From IMG/VR virus record IMGVR_UViG_2645727562_000022, positions 1 through 46,320 of that record: 46,320 nt of DNA. One strand, written 5' to 3'. The notes beneath the pieces are model-generated. The model searched no databases, was not told the DNA's origin, and worked only from the letters and a program-made list of their open reading frames with translations. The position numbers were made by a program, and so were the translations under genes. Positions 7,657-15,787 of the stretch are shown in pieces (position 1 is the first letter of the stretch; every line of letters begins with the position of its first letter). This DNA comes from a virus. Its lineage: Duplodnaviria > Heunggongvirae > Uroviricota > Caudoviricetes.

Positions 7657-8525
7657 GGTACGCCTTTATCCGCGACAACAGCCGTTGCTGGCCTGTTCGT
7701 TTGCTCTGTCGGGTTCTGGATGTCCATCCGAGTGGATTTTATTTCTGGCTTCAGCAGCCACATTCGCAGCGTCACCAGACAGATCAGATGCTGACCGGGC
7801 AAATCAAACAGTTCTGGCTTGAGTCTGGCTGCGTCTATGGTTATCGCAAGATCCATCTCGATCTGCGTGATACCGGACAGCAGTGCGGAGTGAACCGGGT
7901 CTGGCGGCTGATGAAGCGTGCCGGAATAAAAGCTCAGGTTGGGTACCGTAGCCCACGAGCACGTAAAGGCGAAGCCAGTATCGTGACACCCAACAGGCTC
8001 CAGCGGCAGTTCAATCCGGACTCACCGGATGAGCGTTGGGTGACGGACATAACCTACATCCGAACCCACGAAGGCTGGCTGTATCTGGCCGTGGTGGTTG
8101 ACCTGTTCTCCCGAAAAGTTATCGGCTGGTCAATGCAACCCCGCATGACAAAAGAGATTGTCCTGAACGCCTTACTTATGGCGGTGTGGAGGCGTAATCC
8201 TCAAAAGCAGGTACTGGTTCACTCTGATCAGGGTAGTCAGTACACGAGCCATGAGTGGCAGTCGTTCCTGAAATCACACGGTCTGGAAGGCAGCATGAGT
8301 CGTCGCGGTAACTGCCACGACAACGCGGTTGCGGAAAGCTTTTTCCAGCTACTGAAACGCGAACGGATTAAGAAAAGGATCTACGGAACGAGAGACGAAG
8401 CCAGAAGCGATATTTTTGATTATATCGAAATGTTTTATAACAGTAAGCGTCGGCATGGTTCGAGCGAGCAGATGCCACCGGCTGAATATGAAAACCTATA
8501 TTATCAACGGCTCAGAAGTGTCTAG
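7617..8525 (+). CDS. IS3-family transposase OrfB (DDE), expressed as OrfAB by -1 frameshift
   Basis: Slippery A-run at 7617-7623; the -1 frame continues KKSRGVLRKA... into the 274-aa ORF, which has a DDE catalytic triad; the standalone ORF begins at TTG. Confidence 0.8.
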   Translation, partial: KKSRGVLRKAVRLRYAFIRDNSRCWPVRLLCRVLDVHPSGFYFWLQQPHSQRHQTDQMLTGQIKQFWLESGCVYGYRKIHLDLRDTGQQCGVNRVWRLMKRAGIKAQVGYRSPRARKGEASIVTPNRLQRQFNPDSPDERWVTDITYIRTHEGWLYLAVVVDLFSRKVIGWSMQPRMTKEIVLNALLMAVWRRNPQKQVLVHSDQGSQYTSHEWQSFLKSHGLEGSMSRRGNCHDNAVAESFFQLLKRERIKKRIYGTRDEARSDIFDYIEMFYNSKRRHGSSEQMPPAEYENLYYQRLRSV

Positions 8526-8609
8526 ATTATCCGTGGCGATTCATTCCATGCCTTACACTCGTTAAGATGCGAACACATGGAATGTGATATCTCTGTTGCA
8601 ATGCAAATC

Positions 8610-9095
8610 TCATCCTGCATTGGAGAAATCTCCGTGAAGATTTTTAGCGGCTATGCAATATGCTTTATGGGCATCCTCTGGGTTATCAAACACACCAAGA
8701 TGATGCTTTATTCCATTTGCCCGTATTTGACCAACCCACTTACGCTGACGTTTTGAGTAGTAAACTCCTTTGTACCCGCAGCCATTTTTTTGAGCTGACC
8801 TGTTTCTGCTGTTTTCTGCCAGCGTCGCAAGCCTGAGGTTGCAAATTCTGTTGTCTGTGCGGTTACCATTTATGTGATCAATAACGTCAGGTGGCCAGAA
8901 TCCATAAGTAATTAGCCAAGCTAGTCTGTGTGCGAAATATTTTACTCCGTTTATCTCTATAGCAACGTGTCTTGTCATATCCCTAGTCCCTGCACGCTCT
9001 AGCGTTGATCTCTTTCCAAGGCCGGGCTTCCATTTGAACAACCCAGTATCAGGGTTATATTCGAGAAGTGAATTTACCTCTTCTAAATTAACCAT
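8610..9095 (-). CDS. HNH homing endonuclease with AP2 domain (intact)
   Basis: YFAHRLAWL...IDHINGNRTDNRICNLR is the HNH_3 motif, followed by an AP2-like GYKGVYYSKRQRKWVGQI; start overlaps the N stop (TAATG). Confidence 0.8.
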   Translation of the reverse strand: MVNLEEVNSLLEYNPDTGLFKWKPGLGKRSTLERAGTRDMTRHVAIEINGVKYFAHRLAWLITYGFWPPDVIDHINGNRTDNRICNLRLATLAENSRNRSAQKNGCGYKGVYYSKRQRKWVGQIRANGIKHHLGVFDNPEDAHKAYCIAAKNLHGDFSNAG

Positions 9096-9343
9096 TATGC
9101 CCTCGCAGTAATGTCCTTAGATTTACGATATCCAGCAGAGTAAAGTGCAACATCAGGAAGGCATGTCGAGCCTGTATTTTCACATTTAGCCCTTTGGCTA
9201 TTTGCAAACGAAACAGCACGTGTTACGCGCTCACTACAGCCTTCCGACAGCCGTGAAAATGCACGGTCAATCTTTTTACAGTAGGCTTTCATCTCTTTGT
9301 GCTGACGAGCACGTTCGAGTTTACGAATCTCTCTGGCTTTCAT
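9095..9343 (-). CDS. N: N-like transcription antiterminator
   Basis: Arg-rich N-terminus (MKAREIRKLERARQHK); GGAGG RBS; immediately downstream of boxA/boxB (nutL) and OL. C-terminal ...LPDVALYSAGYRKSKDITARA resembles P22 gp24 as recalled from memory. Confidence 0.6.
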   Translation of the reverse strand: MKAREIRKLERARQHKEMKAYCKKIDRAFSRLSEGCSERVTRAVSFANSQRAKCENTGSTCLPDVALYSAGYRKSKDITARA

Positions 9344-9535
9344 TGGATACCTCCAGTGGTTGCTTTGGTGATTGGATGGCCGGGCTGAGAATCCGGCTTA
9401 CTGGTTGGAGCGCCCACACCACCAGTGACACTGTCTTGAGGCGCCGGTTGGTTACGGCTTGCCATGAGCGCTGTTTATACATCGGTCGAGCATCAGCCTG
9501 CTCAATCATCCAATCCCAAAGCAACTTCCTTTGGC

Positions 9536-9572
9536 GGGGACGAATCATCCCCATGTCATCTTGTTAAAGAGC
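9536..9572 (-). promoter_or_regulatory. nutL site (boxA and boxB hairpin)
   Basis: Minus strand reads GCTCTTTAA (boxA-like), an 11-nt spacer, then GGGGA-UGAUUCG-UCCCC. The same stem/loop style recurs at nutR. Confidence 0.55.
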
Positions 9573-9620
9573 TGCCAATCAGTTCCGTTTGGCTACCAGC
9601 GTCCTGCTGATGGACTAAAT

Positions 9621-9703
9621 ATACAAAACGTATCCTAATAGTGCAATACAAAATGTATACGCAAGCGGCGAAAAAGATATAACGATATGTATACAAAAGG
9701 AAT
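9621..9703. promoter_or_regulatory. OL operator cluster (pL region)
   Basis: Palindromic 13-mers ATACAAAACGTAT (9621-9633) and ATACAAAATGTAT (9646-9658), plus a degenerate third copy near 9680-9703; same consensus as OR. Confidence 0.6.
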
Positions 9704-9720
9704 TTATTTTTGAAAGGAAT

Positions 9721-9744
9721 ACAAAAAAGGCCGCTTAAGCGACC
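9721..9744 (-). terminator. Rho-independent terminator downstream of cI
   Basis: Minus strand GGTCGC-TTAA-GCGGCC stem-loop followed by TTTTTTGT, directly after the cI stop. Confidence 0.5.
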
Positions 9745-9750
9745 TTGATG

Positions 9751-10452
9751 TTAGGGGAGGTTGGTGATTTTGGCGTCTACAACAACGCCGATAATGCGGC
9801 AATTCCCATTCACTTCAATCATGGGATATTGCGGGTTGAGAGGCTTCAAGAAGCGTCTTCCTGCGTCTATGACAAGCTTCTTGAAGGTGGCTTCATTCTC
9901 GCTATCCAATTTAGCTACAACCAACTTTCCATTGATGGGCTCTACTTCTGGATCAACGAGAATAACCATGCCTTCCGGGATACTCAGGCCGACAGGTGAT
10001 GTCATTGAATCACCCTTAACATCCAGCCAGAACGAGTTCTCTGAGCAATCTATATTTGTTTCATACCAGCGGTCTATAGCCCGCTTATGATAAGGTTCTA
10101 CGGCTTCCATCCATTCACCTGCACTTACCCAGCTGATTACGGGATAGCTTCCCTTCGGCTCATTCTTTCCATGGAAACTTACGTTTGTAGCGGAAGATTT
10201 ATCCCTAATAGTGCCGTCAGCATTGACCTCGAAACTCCGAAGCCCAAGGTAAGTCATTATCTTGGCTATATCCTCAAGGCTTGGCTCGCGTCTAGCGTTA
10301 AGCCAATGGCTAACTGCCCCCTTTGTAATGCCGAGGTGTTCTGCCAGCGTCTCCTGAGATACGCCGCGCCCCTTCATGAGGTCTTTGGCTAGTTCATACC
10401 ATTTCATATTCATGTCCTGATCATACGAACTGTATTCCTTTTTGCGAGACAC
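9751..10452 (-). CDS. cI: CI-type prophage repressor (HTH plus S24 autopeptidase domain)
   Basis: N-terminal HTH (VSQETLAEHLGITKGAVSHWLN) and C-terminal LexA-like domain with GDSM serine and a downstream lysine; GTG start abutting the operator, consistent with a leaderless transcript. Confidence 0.85.
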   Translation of the reverse strand: MSRKKEYSSYDQDMNMKWYELAKDLMKGRGVSQETLAEHLGITKGAVSHWLNARREPSLEDIAKIMTYLGLRSFEVNADGTIRDKSSATNVSFHGKNEPKGSYPVISWVSAGEWMEAVEPYHKRAIDRWYETNIDCSENSFWLDVKGDSMTSPVGLSIPEGMVILVDPEVEPINGKLVVAKLDSENEATFKKLVIDAGRRFLKPLNPQYPMIEVNGNCRIIGVVVDAKITNLP

Positions 10453-10494
10453 AAAATGTATATTCAGCTTGCCAATAACGAATACGAAACGTAT
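10449..10494. promoter_or_regulatory. OR operator cluster (pRM/pR region)
   Basis: ACACAAAATGTAT (10449-10461) and palindromic ATACGAAACGTAT (10482-10494) in the 69-bp gap between divergent cI and cro. Confidence 0.6.
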
Positions 10495-10521
10495 ACTCGA
10501 TATTAGTTACGGAGGAACCTT

Positions 10522-10731
10522 ATGAACAAGCTACGAGACATTCGTGAAAAGCTTGGGCTCACACAGGGAGAGCTGGCAACGGAGCTTGGACTCACTAAGG
10601 GTGCAATTGGTCATTACGAAAATGGCCGTCGCGATCTAAGTGCCACTCAATGTCGTCAGATTCTTTTTGTGTTGAACAAGCACGGTGCAGAAGTAGGTTT
10701 TGACGACCTGTTCCCACCAAAAGTCGCTTAA
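10522..10731 (+). CDS. cro: Cro-like HTH regulator (XRE family)
   Basis: 69 aa with [26 protein letters not shown]; divergent from cI; GGAGG RBS. Confidence 0.8.
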   Translation: MNKLRDIREKLGLTQGELATELGLTKGAIGHYENGRRDLSATQCRQILFVLNKHGAEVGFDDLFPPKVA

Positions 10732-10738
10732 GCAGTAC

Positions 10739-10776
10739 CGCTCTTTACACAATTAGGCCAGGGATGTTTCGTCCCT
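10739..10776 (+). promoter_or_regulatory. nutR site (boxA and boxB hairpin)
   Basis: CGCTCTTTACACA (boxA, close to lambda nutR boxA) then AGGGA-UGUUUCG-UCCCU hairpin at 10760-10776, between cro and cII. Confidence 0.6.
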
Positions 10777-10830
10777 ACAACCAACGCATCAGAAGATGCG
10801 TAACTAACTATTTAACTAAGGAAATTATCT

Positions 10831-11112
10831 ATGAATGGAATTGCAACTCAAAGCAAGAAGGCGGCTCGTATCGAATCGACCTTGCTTAACAAGCTGGCTC
10901 TGATGGGTCAGAAGACATTCGCTAAAGCCATGGGCATTCCTGAATACCAGGTAAGCCGGTGGAAGAACGGTTTCTTCTCTCAGGTGAGCATGATTCTGGC
11001 GGTTCTGGAATACGGCATCGAAGACGAGGAAATGGCTGAGCTGACAAAGCGGCTGGCTAGTTATCTCACAAAAGAAAAAGCCCCGATGAGCGGTAACTCA
11101 TTCGAGGCCTGA
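10831..11112 (+). CDS. cII: CII transcriptional activator
   Basis: RIESTLLNKLALMG...QVSRWKNGFFSQVSMILAVLEYGIEDEEMAELTKRLASYLT aligns closely with lambda CII. Confidence 0.85.
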   Translation: MNGIATQSKKAARIESTLLNKLALMGQKTFAKAMGIPEYQVSRWKNGFFSQVSMILAVLEYGIEDEEMAELTKRLASYLTKEKAPMSGNSFEA

Positions 11113-11154
11113 GAACACTGTGTTACGTCAACACTATTCACAGGAGATATTTTA

Positions 11155-11313
11155 ATGCGAAAGCGTAAAAAGTACCAGGAAAAAGAAGAGATTCGACACC
11201 CTGATTCACCTGAAGGATTAGTGAATACAGCTGCCAATAACCGGGCGTTCGCAGAGCGTCTTATTGGCGTTTACAGACTAGCCAAAGCAGGAGTGAAGAA
11301 TGGGCGTCGTTAA
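11155..11313 (+). CDS. Small basic hypothetical protein (52 aa)
   Basis: Not in the ORF track; AGGAG RBS 9 nt upstream; translation MRKRKKYQEKEEIRHPDSPEGLVNTAANNRAFAERLIGVYRLAKAGVKNGRR; overlaps the initiator start by 14 nt. Confidence 0.3.
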   Translation: MRKRKKYQEKEEIRHPDSPEGLVNTAANNRAFAERLIGVYRLAKAGVKNGRR

Positions 11314-12466
11314 GTTAGTACGAACGGAAGAGATGTCTTCCAGGAGCTCTCACTTGGACAACAGAAAGCAAGGTCACTTTGCCATGTTCAGGAGCGCCCT
11401 CAATGCTCCATGGTCGAAAGATACGGCCAAGCTTGCATTGTGGGTCCGCCTGCTTGGTGAAGCTCGTTACAAGCCTGGCATTAACGAATTTGCAGGAAGA
11501 GAGTGGAAGCTGGAAGCCGGTCAACTGGTAACAACCACTACGGTTCTAGCAAGAAAACTTCGCGATCAGGATGGGAAGGAAAAGAGCCCAAAAGCAGTCG
11601 AGAGAATGCTCAACTTCTTCTGCAAGGAAAACATGATCACCAAGGAAGGAAACCCTTTTGGATTAGTAATTTCCATCACAAATTACTGCGAATATCAGGG
11701 CATTTCAGGCGTCGAACCTTCCGTCGTGCCATCCGTCGATCCTAAATCCAGTAATGGCGCGGCTTTGAAGCTTGTAGCCGTCGAGGGTGTCGTCGAACCA
11801 TCCGTCGAACAGAACAAGAAGGTACTTAACAAGAATAATAAAACCCCCCTTAATCCCCCAGAGGGGGTGGAAGCTCTCGCTCTTGATTGTCTGGATTATT
11901 ACAACGGCCTGGCAGGAGCTAAATGCTCATCGCCTGAAGCGTTTGTGAAAGCCCTTAGCACTGTGAAAGCCAAAGGGGTTTGTTACTCAGTTGATGAGCT
12001 TAAGCTGGTAATCAAATGGGCTGTAACGTGCTGGACAAAGCGCAAGACAGCGCCAAAGCCAAACAACATCTGCACCATGACTCGCTTTGATGGCTACCTG
12101 TCAGACGCTCTGGTTTGGGCTGATGGGCAGGGAAGCAATCCTGCAGCCTGTCCTCATGCAGAAATCATTGCTCTGTGGAACGAGAAATTCCCCGCTAAGG
12201 CAGTATCACCTCACGAATGGAATCGTCGCCGTCCTGCGCATCGCGATCTGGAAGCGGTGTGGAACGGAAAAACGTCACAAGGTAACTGGCGCGAGCTTAA
12301 GCACATGGGAATGGCCTTCGACCTGATAGGCAAATCATCGCTGTTCACGACAAAAGGCGATCAGCCATGGTTAACACTGGACTGGATACTTAACCCGAAG
12401 AATTGGGGCTCTGTATACGAGCAGGCAATCAACGAGCACAAGCAGCGTAAAGGAGTCACTGCATGA
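11300..12466 (+). CDS. Replication initiator (lambda O / P22 gp18-like)
   Basis: Position after cII and before the DnaB-like helicase; AGGAG RBS; contains internal iterons and an AT-rich stretch like lambda ori inside O. Confidence 0.65.
   Translation: MGVVKLVRTEEMSSRSSHLDNRKQGHFAMFRSALNAPWSKDTAKLALWVRLLGEARYKPGINEFAGREWKLEAGQLVTTTTVLARKLRDQDGKEKSPKAVERMLNFFCKENMITKEGNPFGLVISITNYCEYQGISGVEPSVVPSVDPKSSNGAALKLVAVEGVVEPSVEQNKKVLNKNNKTPLNPPEGVEALALDCLDYYNGLAGAKCSSPEAFVKALSTVKAKGVCYSVDELKLVIKWAVTCWTKRKTAPKPNNICTMTRFDGYLSDALVWADGQGSNPAACPHAEIIALWNEKFPAKAVSPHEWNRRRPAHRDLEAVWNGKTSQGNWRELKHMGMAFDLIGKSSLFTTKGDQPWLTLDWILNPKNWGSVYEQAINEHKQRKGVTA
11711..11870 (+). repeat. Candidate origin of replication (iterons, AT-rich tract, G/C hairpin)
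   Basis: Six CCGTCG(A/T)-containing repeats in two triplets at 12-bp phasing (about 11711-11740 and 11778-11810), then an AT-rich tract and CCCCC-AGA-GGGGG; encodes a repetitive EPSV peptide linker. Confidence 0.5.
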
Positions 12467-13830
12467 GCAGGTTTGTAGATTCATACATCGAGCGCAACGT
12501 CCTTGGCTCAATCATGCTGGGAAGGGATGAATTCGCTGATGCAGCCCAGGATGCCATTGAGGGGCTGAGCGAAAGCGATTTCACTGTGTATGCGCACAAG
12601 GTTGTTCTCAGCACGCTGAAGAAGCTCAACTCAATCGGCTCTCCAGTCGACCTGCTGACTGTCACCTCAGACATAGAGGCTCGCGGAGAGCTCGACAAAG
12701 TTGGCGGATTCGCATACCTGGCGGAAACAACGAAAGACATCCCATCGCTTCGTAATCTGCCTGTGTACGTTCAGAAGCTCAAAGAGTTCACATCTGGTCG
12801 CATGATGATTCAGATGCTGCAGGAAGGGATTCAGAAGCTTTCTGAGCCCACTACCGACAGCGTGCAGGACATCATCGGCAATATCCAGACCAGTATTGGA
12901 GCGATTGAGGCATTTAGCGAATCAGGAACGCGACACATACTCGACGGAATTGAGATCGCAATTGACGAGGTTGAGTCAATCATCAACGGCGACATCTGGA
13001 AGCACCGGACGGAGCTTGGGCTAACGGACATCGACAAGGCGTTTGGTGGTTTCAATAACACGGATTTCATCGTTGTAGGCGGTCGCCCTGGAACTGGCAA
13101 AACAATGTTCAGCACCACGGTTACTGAGACGGTGGCACTGAAAAGCAAGAAGCCAGTGATGTTCTTCAGCCTTGAAATGCCCATCGAGCAGATTTCTCAG
13201 CGCATCGCGTTCCACCGCGCCGGGGTCAGCAAAGAGGGGTTGCTTGGCACGAATGGAAAGAATCAGGATGCAGAATGGGCAAAGGTTGGAAAGTGCCTGG
13301 AAGAATTCGGAACCGCGCCAATACACATCAACGACAAAACATCACTGAGCATTCACCAGTTACGCGCTGAAGCTCGCAGGATGCACAAGAAGCTTGGCGG
13401 ACTGGGAGTTATCGTCGTCGACTATCTGCAAAAGATGAAGATGACAAACCCAGAAAACATGAACCAGTCAGTTGGTGAGATTGCTACCGGCCTGAAAAAC
13501 CTCGCAAAGGAATTGCGCTGCCCGGTTATCGCATTGTCTCAGCTGAGCCGTAAGTGTGAGGAGCGCGCGAACAAACGTCCGCTTAACTCTGACTTGCGAG
13601 AGTCTGGTGTTATCGAGCAGGAGGCCGACGTTATTTTCATGGTCTACCGCGATGAGAAATACAACCCGCAAACAGAGCTTAAAGGCGTAACGGAAATCAT
13701 CTGCACCAAATCACGACATGCACCTGGCGCAGAGAAAACCTACTACTTCAGCAACAAACACTCAGGTCTTGACCCTTACGCATTCGTGCAGAACGAGTTG
13801 CGCAGCTATCAGGATGAATACGAGTGTTAG
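12463..13830 (+). CDS. Replicative DNA helicase (DnaB family)
   Basis: Walker A GGRPGTGKT, DnaB-type N- and C-terminal domains; 455 aa. Confidence 0.9.
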   Translation: MSRFVDSYIERNVLGSIMLGRDEFADAAQDAIEGLSESDFTVYAHKVVLSTLKKLNSIGSPVDLLTVTSDIEARGELDKVGGFAYLAETTKDIPSLRNLPVYVQKLKEFTSGRMMIQMLQEGIQKLSEPTTDSVQDIIGNIQTSIGAIEAFSESGTRHILDGIEIAIDEVESIINGDIWKHRTELGLTDIDKAFGGFNNTDFIVVGGRPGTGKTMFSTTVTETVALKSKKPVMFFSLEMPIEQISQRIAFHRAGVSKEGLLGTNGKNQDAEWAKVGKCLEEFGTAPIHINDKTSLSIHQLRAEARRMHKKLGGLGVIVVDYLQKMKMTNPENMNQSVGEIATGLKNLAKELRCPVIALSQLSRKCEERANKRPLNSDLRESGVIEQEADVIFMVYRDEKYNPQTELKGVTEIICTKSRHAPGAEKTYYFSNKHSGLDPYAFVQNELRSYQDEYEC

Positions 13831-13839
13831 GAGTAAATC

Positions 13840-14136
13840 ATGAGGCCAAAATATCAGCTTGAAACCATCGAGAAATACGTCACAGAACATCCCGGCTGCA
13901 CCTGCCCAGAAATCATCCATAACACCAGAATCCCCAGATGCTCAGTAACCTCAGCTCTCTTCCAGTTGGTAAGAGGTCAGGTTCTCAGCAGAGAGGGCAG
14001 GCCAAAGCATTATCAATATTACAAATCAGACAAGGTGGTTATTCGCAATGAGCGAGGTGATCCGATTCCGGACCACGATTTACCTAACCCACTGACTGCA
14101 TTTATCAACAAGGCATTAAGAGAGGTGAGGACATGA
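13840..14136 (+). CDS. Hypothetical protein (98 aa)
   Basis: ORF in tight series after the helicase. Confidence 0.45.
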   Translation: MRPKYQLETIEKYVTEHPGCTCPEIIHNTRIPRCSVTSALFQLVRGQVLSREGRPKHYQYYKSDKVVIRNERGDPIPDHDLPNPLTAFINKALREVRT

Positions 14137-14528
14137 AAGTTAAAACAGCAGATTTGAAAGGAATCAATTTAGATTGGGCAGTGGCGATGATTGACTTCAA
14201 GTATTTTAAATTGGAATCGCCCAGCCCCGAAGCACTAAATTTCTTTCTTAAATGCCAGAAATCTCCTTTTCCAGTTTTTGACTATTCAAGCAACTGGGAA
14301 AGGGTAGGTCCTTTAATCGAGGCAAGCTCCCCTGTAATCACTATTTGTCAGGCAAAGGTAAGAACAGAAATCTCGACGCTTGAAAACGGCATCCTTTCAA
14401 CAGGTGTTGGACTTAGCATTAGCTACCTGGAATCTTTCCTGAGAGCTTTTGTGGCTCTGCATTCAGGTGATGAAGTTGATATCCCAGATGAGTTACTAAC
14501 ACCCCAGCACGCTGATGGAGAGGAATGA
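14133..14528 (+). CDS. Hypothetical protein (131 aa)
   Basis: ORF overlapping the upstream stop by 4 nt. Confidence 0.45.
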   Translation: MKVKTADLKGINLDWAVAMIDFKYFKLESPSPEALNFFLKCQKSPFPVFDYSSNWERVGPLIEASSPVITICQAKVRTEISTLENGILSTGVGLSISYLESFLRAFVALHSGDEVDIPDELLTPQHADGEE

Positions 14529-14749
14529 TGAGCAGGAAAAAGTATTGGTTTCTGAATGCTCTCTGGCAAGTGGCTATGTACGGAATGCTTCTGGCTTTCT
14601 ATCAGTACGAATCCTATGCGTTCGACTATAGCTGGCACTACAAGGCTGATCGCGTTTGGATGGTTGGAGCAATTTCCGCGCTAGCCCATTCGGTTATGTA
14701 TTACGTGTTTCTGGAAGGTATTAATTGCTTCCCTAGAAAACAAAGGTGA
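14525..14749 (+). CDS. Hypothetical small membrane protein (74 aa)
   Basis: Hydrophobic, aromatic-rich segments; coupled to flanking ORFs. Confidence 0.4.
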   Translation: MMSRKKYWFLNALWQVAMYGMLLAFYQYESYAFDYSWHYKADRVWMVGAISALAHSVMYYVFLEGINCFPRKQR

Positions 14750-15006
14750 TGGAGAGGAATATGGACGAATCAAGAAAGCAGTTTACAACCTGGTTTAATT
14801 CACCTGAACAGAGCGAATTGCGAATGAGTTGCTCTATGGGATGGGCTTACAAAATTTGGTGTGAATCTCGCGCAGCCATCGAGATTAAGTTGCCCTCACA
14901 ATCAGAATATGACGACCCACTTTCAGCATACAACGCCATAAACGACTGTGCAGCAGCCATCCGAGCAGTTTCTGTGCACGTACGTGGAATCAAAGTGAAG
15001 GAGTGA
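14746..15006 (+). CDS. Hypothetical protein (86 aa)
   Basis: ORF coupled to flanking genes. Confidence 0.4.
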   Translation: MMERNMDESRKQFTTWFNSPEQSELRMSCSMGWAYKIWCESRAAIEIKLPSQSEYDDPLSAYNAINDCAAAIRAVSVHVRGIKVKE

Positions 15007-15206
15007 GTATGCCAATAGTGAAATGGTTTTTGTGGCGACGATGGTTATTCAGCAAATGGACCAAAAATTACAACGAGCAGCCTGTTATGGGGAATCTTCT
15101 TAAGACGAACCTTGCCTCCTGCAGGTCATATCCAATAATTTACCGTGACATGGTGAGAATCATTAGAGGACATCATGACAAAGCAGACAATCTTCCTTCG
15201 AAGTAA
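15003..15206 (+). CDS. Hypothetical protein (67 aa)
   Basis: ORF overlapping the ninB start. Confidence 0.35.
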   Translation: MSMPIVKWFLWRRWLFSKWTKNYNEQPVMGNLLKTNLASCRSYPIIYRDMVRIIRGHHDKADNLPSK

Positions 15207-15588
15207 GCAGCAACAGCAGTCAGCAATAAACGCCATCCTCGCATCACCACTCGATAACGAACGACCCATCACCATTCGAATCTCTGACTACAAGCGGAAC
15301 ATTGACCAGAACGCGAAATTTCACGCGATGCTGGGAGATATTGCTCGTCAGGTGACATGGTGCGGAAAGCAACTCAAGCCTGAGCAGTGGAAGGTATTGC
15401 TAATTAGCGGTCATGCAGTCGCTACAAAGCAGGAGGCTGAAGTCGTGCCCGGATTGGAGGGTGAGTACGTCAATATCCGCGAGAGCAGCGCAGAGATGAG
15501 CGTAGGACGAATGGCTAGTCTCATAGAGTACACGATGGCTTGGGCAGCAGGGCAGAACGTCAGATTCACTGACAGGAGGTACGATTGA
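15175..15588 (+). CDS. ninB: NinB (Orf-family recombination mediator)
   Basis: DQNAKFHAMLGDIARQVTWCGK...EQWKVLL matches lambda NinB (DQNRKLWACLGDVSRQVEWHGR...ESWKCVF). Confidence 0.8.
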   Translation: MTKQTIFLRSKQQQQSAINAILASPLDNERPITIRISDYKRNIDQNAKFHAMLGDIARQVTWCGKQLKPEQWKVLLISGHAVATKQEAEVVPGLEGEYVNIRESSAEMSVGRMASLIEYTMAWAAGQNVRFTDRRYD

Positions 15589-15785
15589 AGCGAACGTATT
15601 TCTTCCACCCTCCAATGACAACCGACGAAGCCAACCAACTAATCACTCTCTACCACTCCAGAAACGTACAAACCACCAAGCACCTAAGCGCTGACCCACG
15701 CCTGTGGATAGTTGGAGCCTTGTTGCCAGAGTACGCCAGCGAGCCAAAGGGTAGGAGTCAGTATCAATCCAGAATGTGGAGTTAA
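15585..15785 (+). CDS. Hypothetical protein (66 aa)
   Basis: ORF coupled to ninB. Confidence 0.35.
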   Translation: MKRTYFFHPPMTTDEANQLITLYHSRNVQTTKHLSADPRLWIVGALLPEYASEPKGRSQYQSRMWS

Positions 15786-15787
15786 GT

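Larger units (their letters stand above)
7315..8543 (+). mobile_element. IS3-family insertion sequence (1229 bp)
   Basis: Imperfect terminal inverted repeats, 19 of 25 positions matching, with TG...CA termini; flanked by a 3-bp direct repeat TTC (7312-7314 and 8544-8546); orfA/orfB with an A7G slippery run. Confidence 0.85.

Noticed and set aside
9321-9554. 77-aa Arg-rich ORF on the minus strand upstream of N (MGMIRPRQRK...)
   Set aside because: Its start codon lies inside the boxB hairpin of nutL and it overlaps the N start; it has no RBS. The N-like gene is the 9095-9343 ORF, which has a GGAGG RBS.
11315-12326. ORFs 11315-11524 (-), 11503-11745 (+) and 12087-12326 (+) inside the initiator gene
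   Set aside because: Alternative-frame ORFs within the replication initiator; the 11503 ORF is Arg/Lys-rich because of the iteron-region frame.
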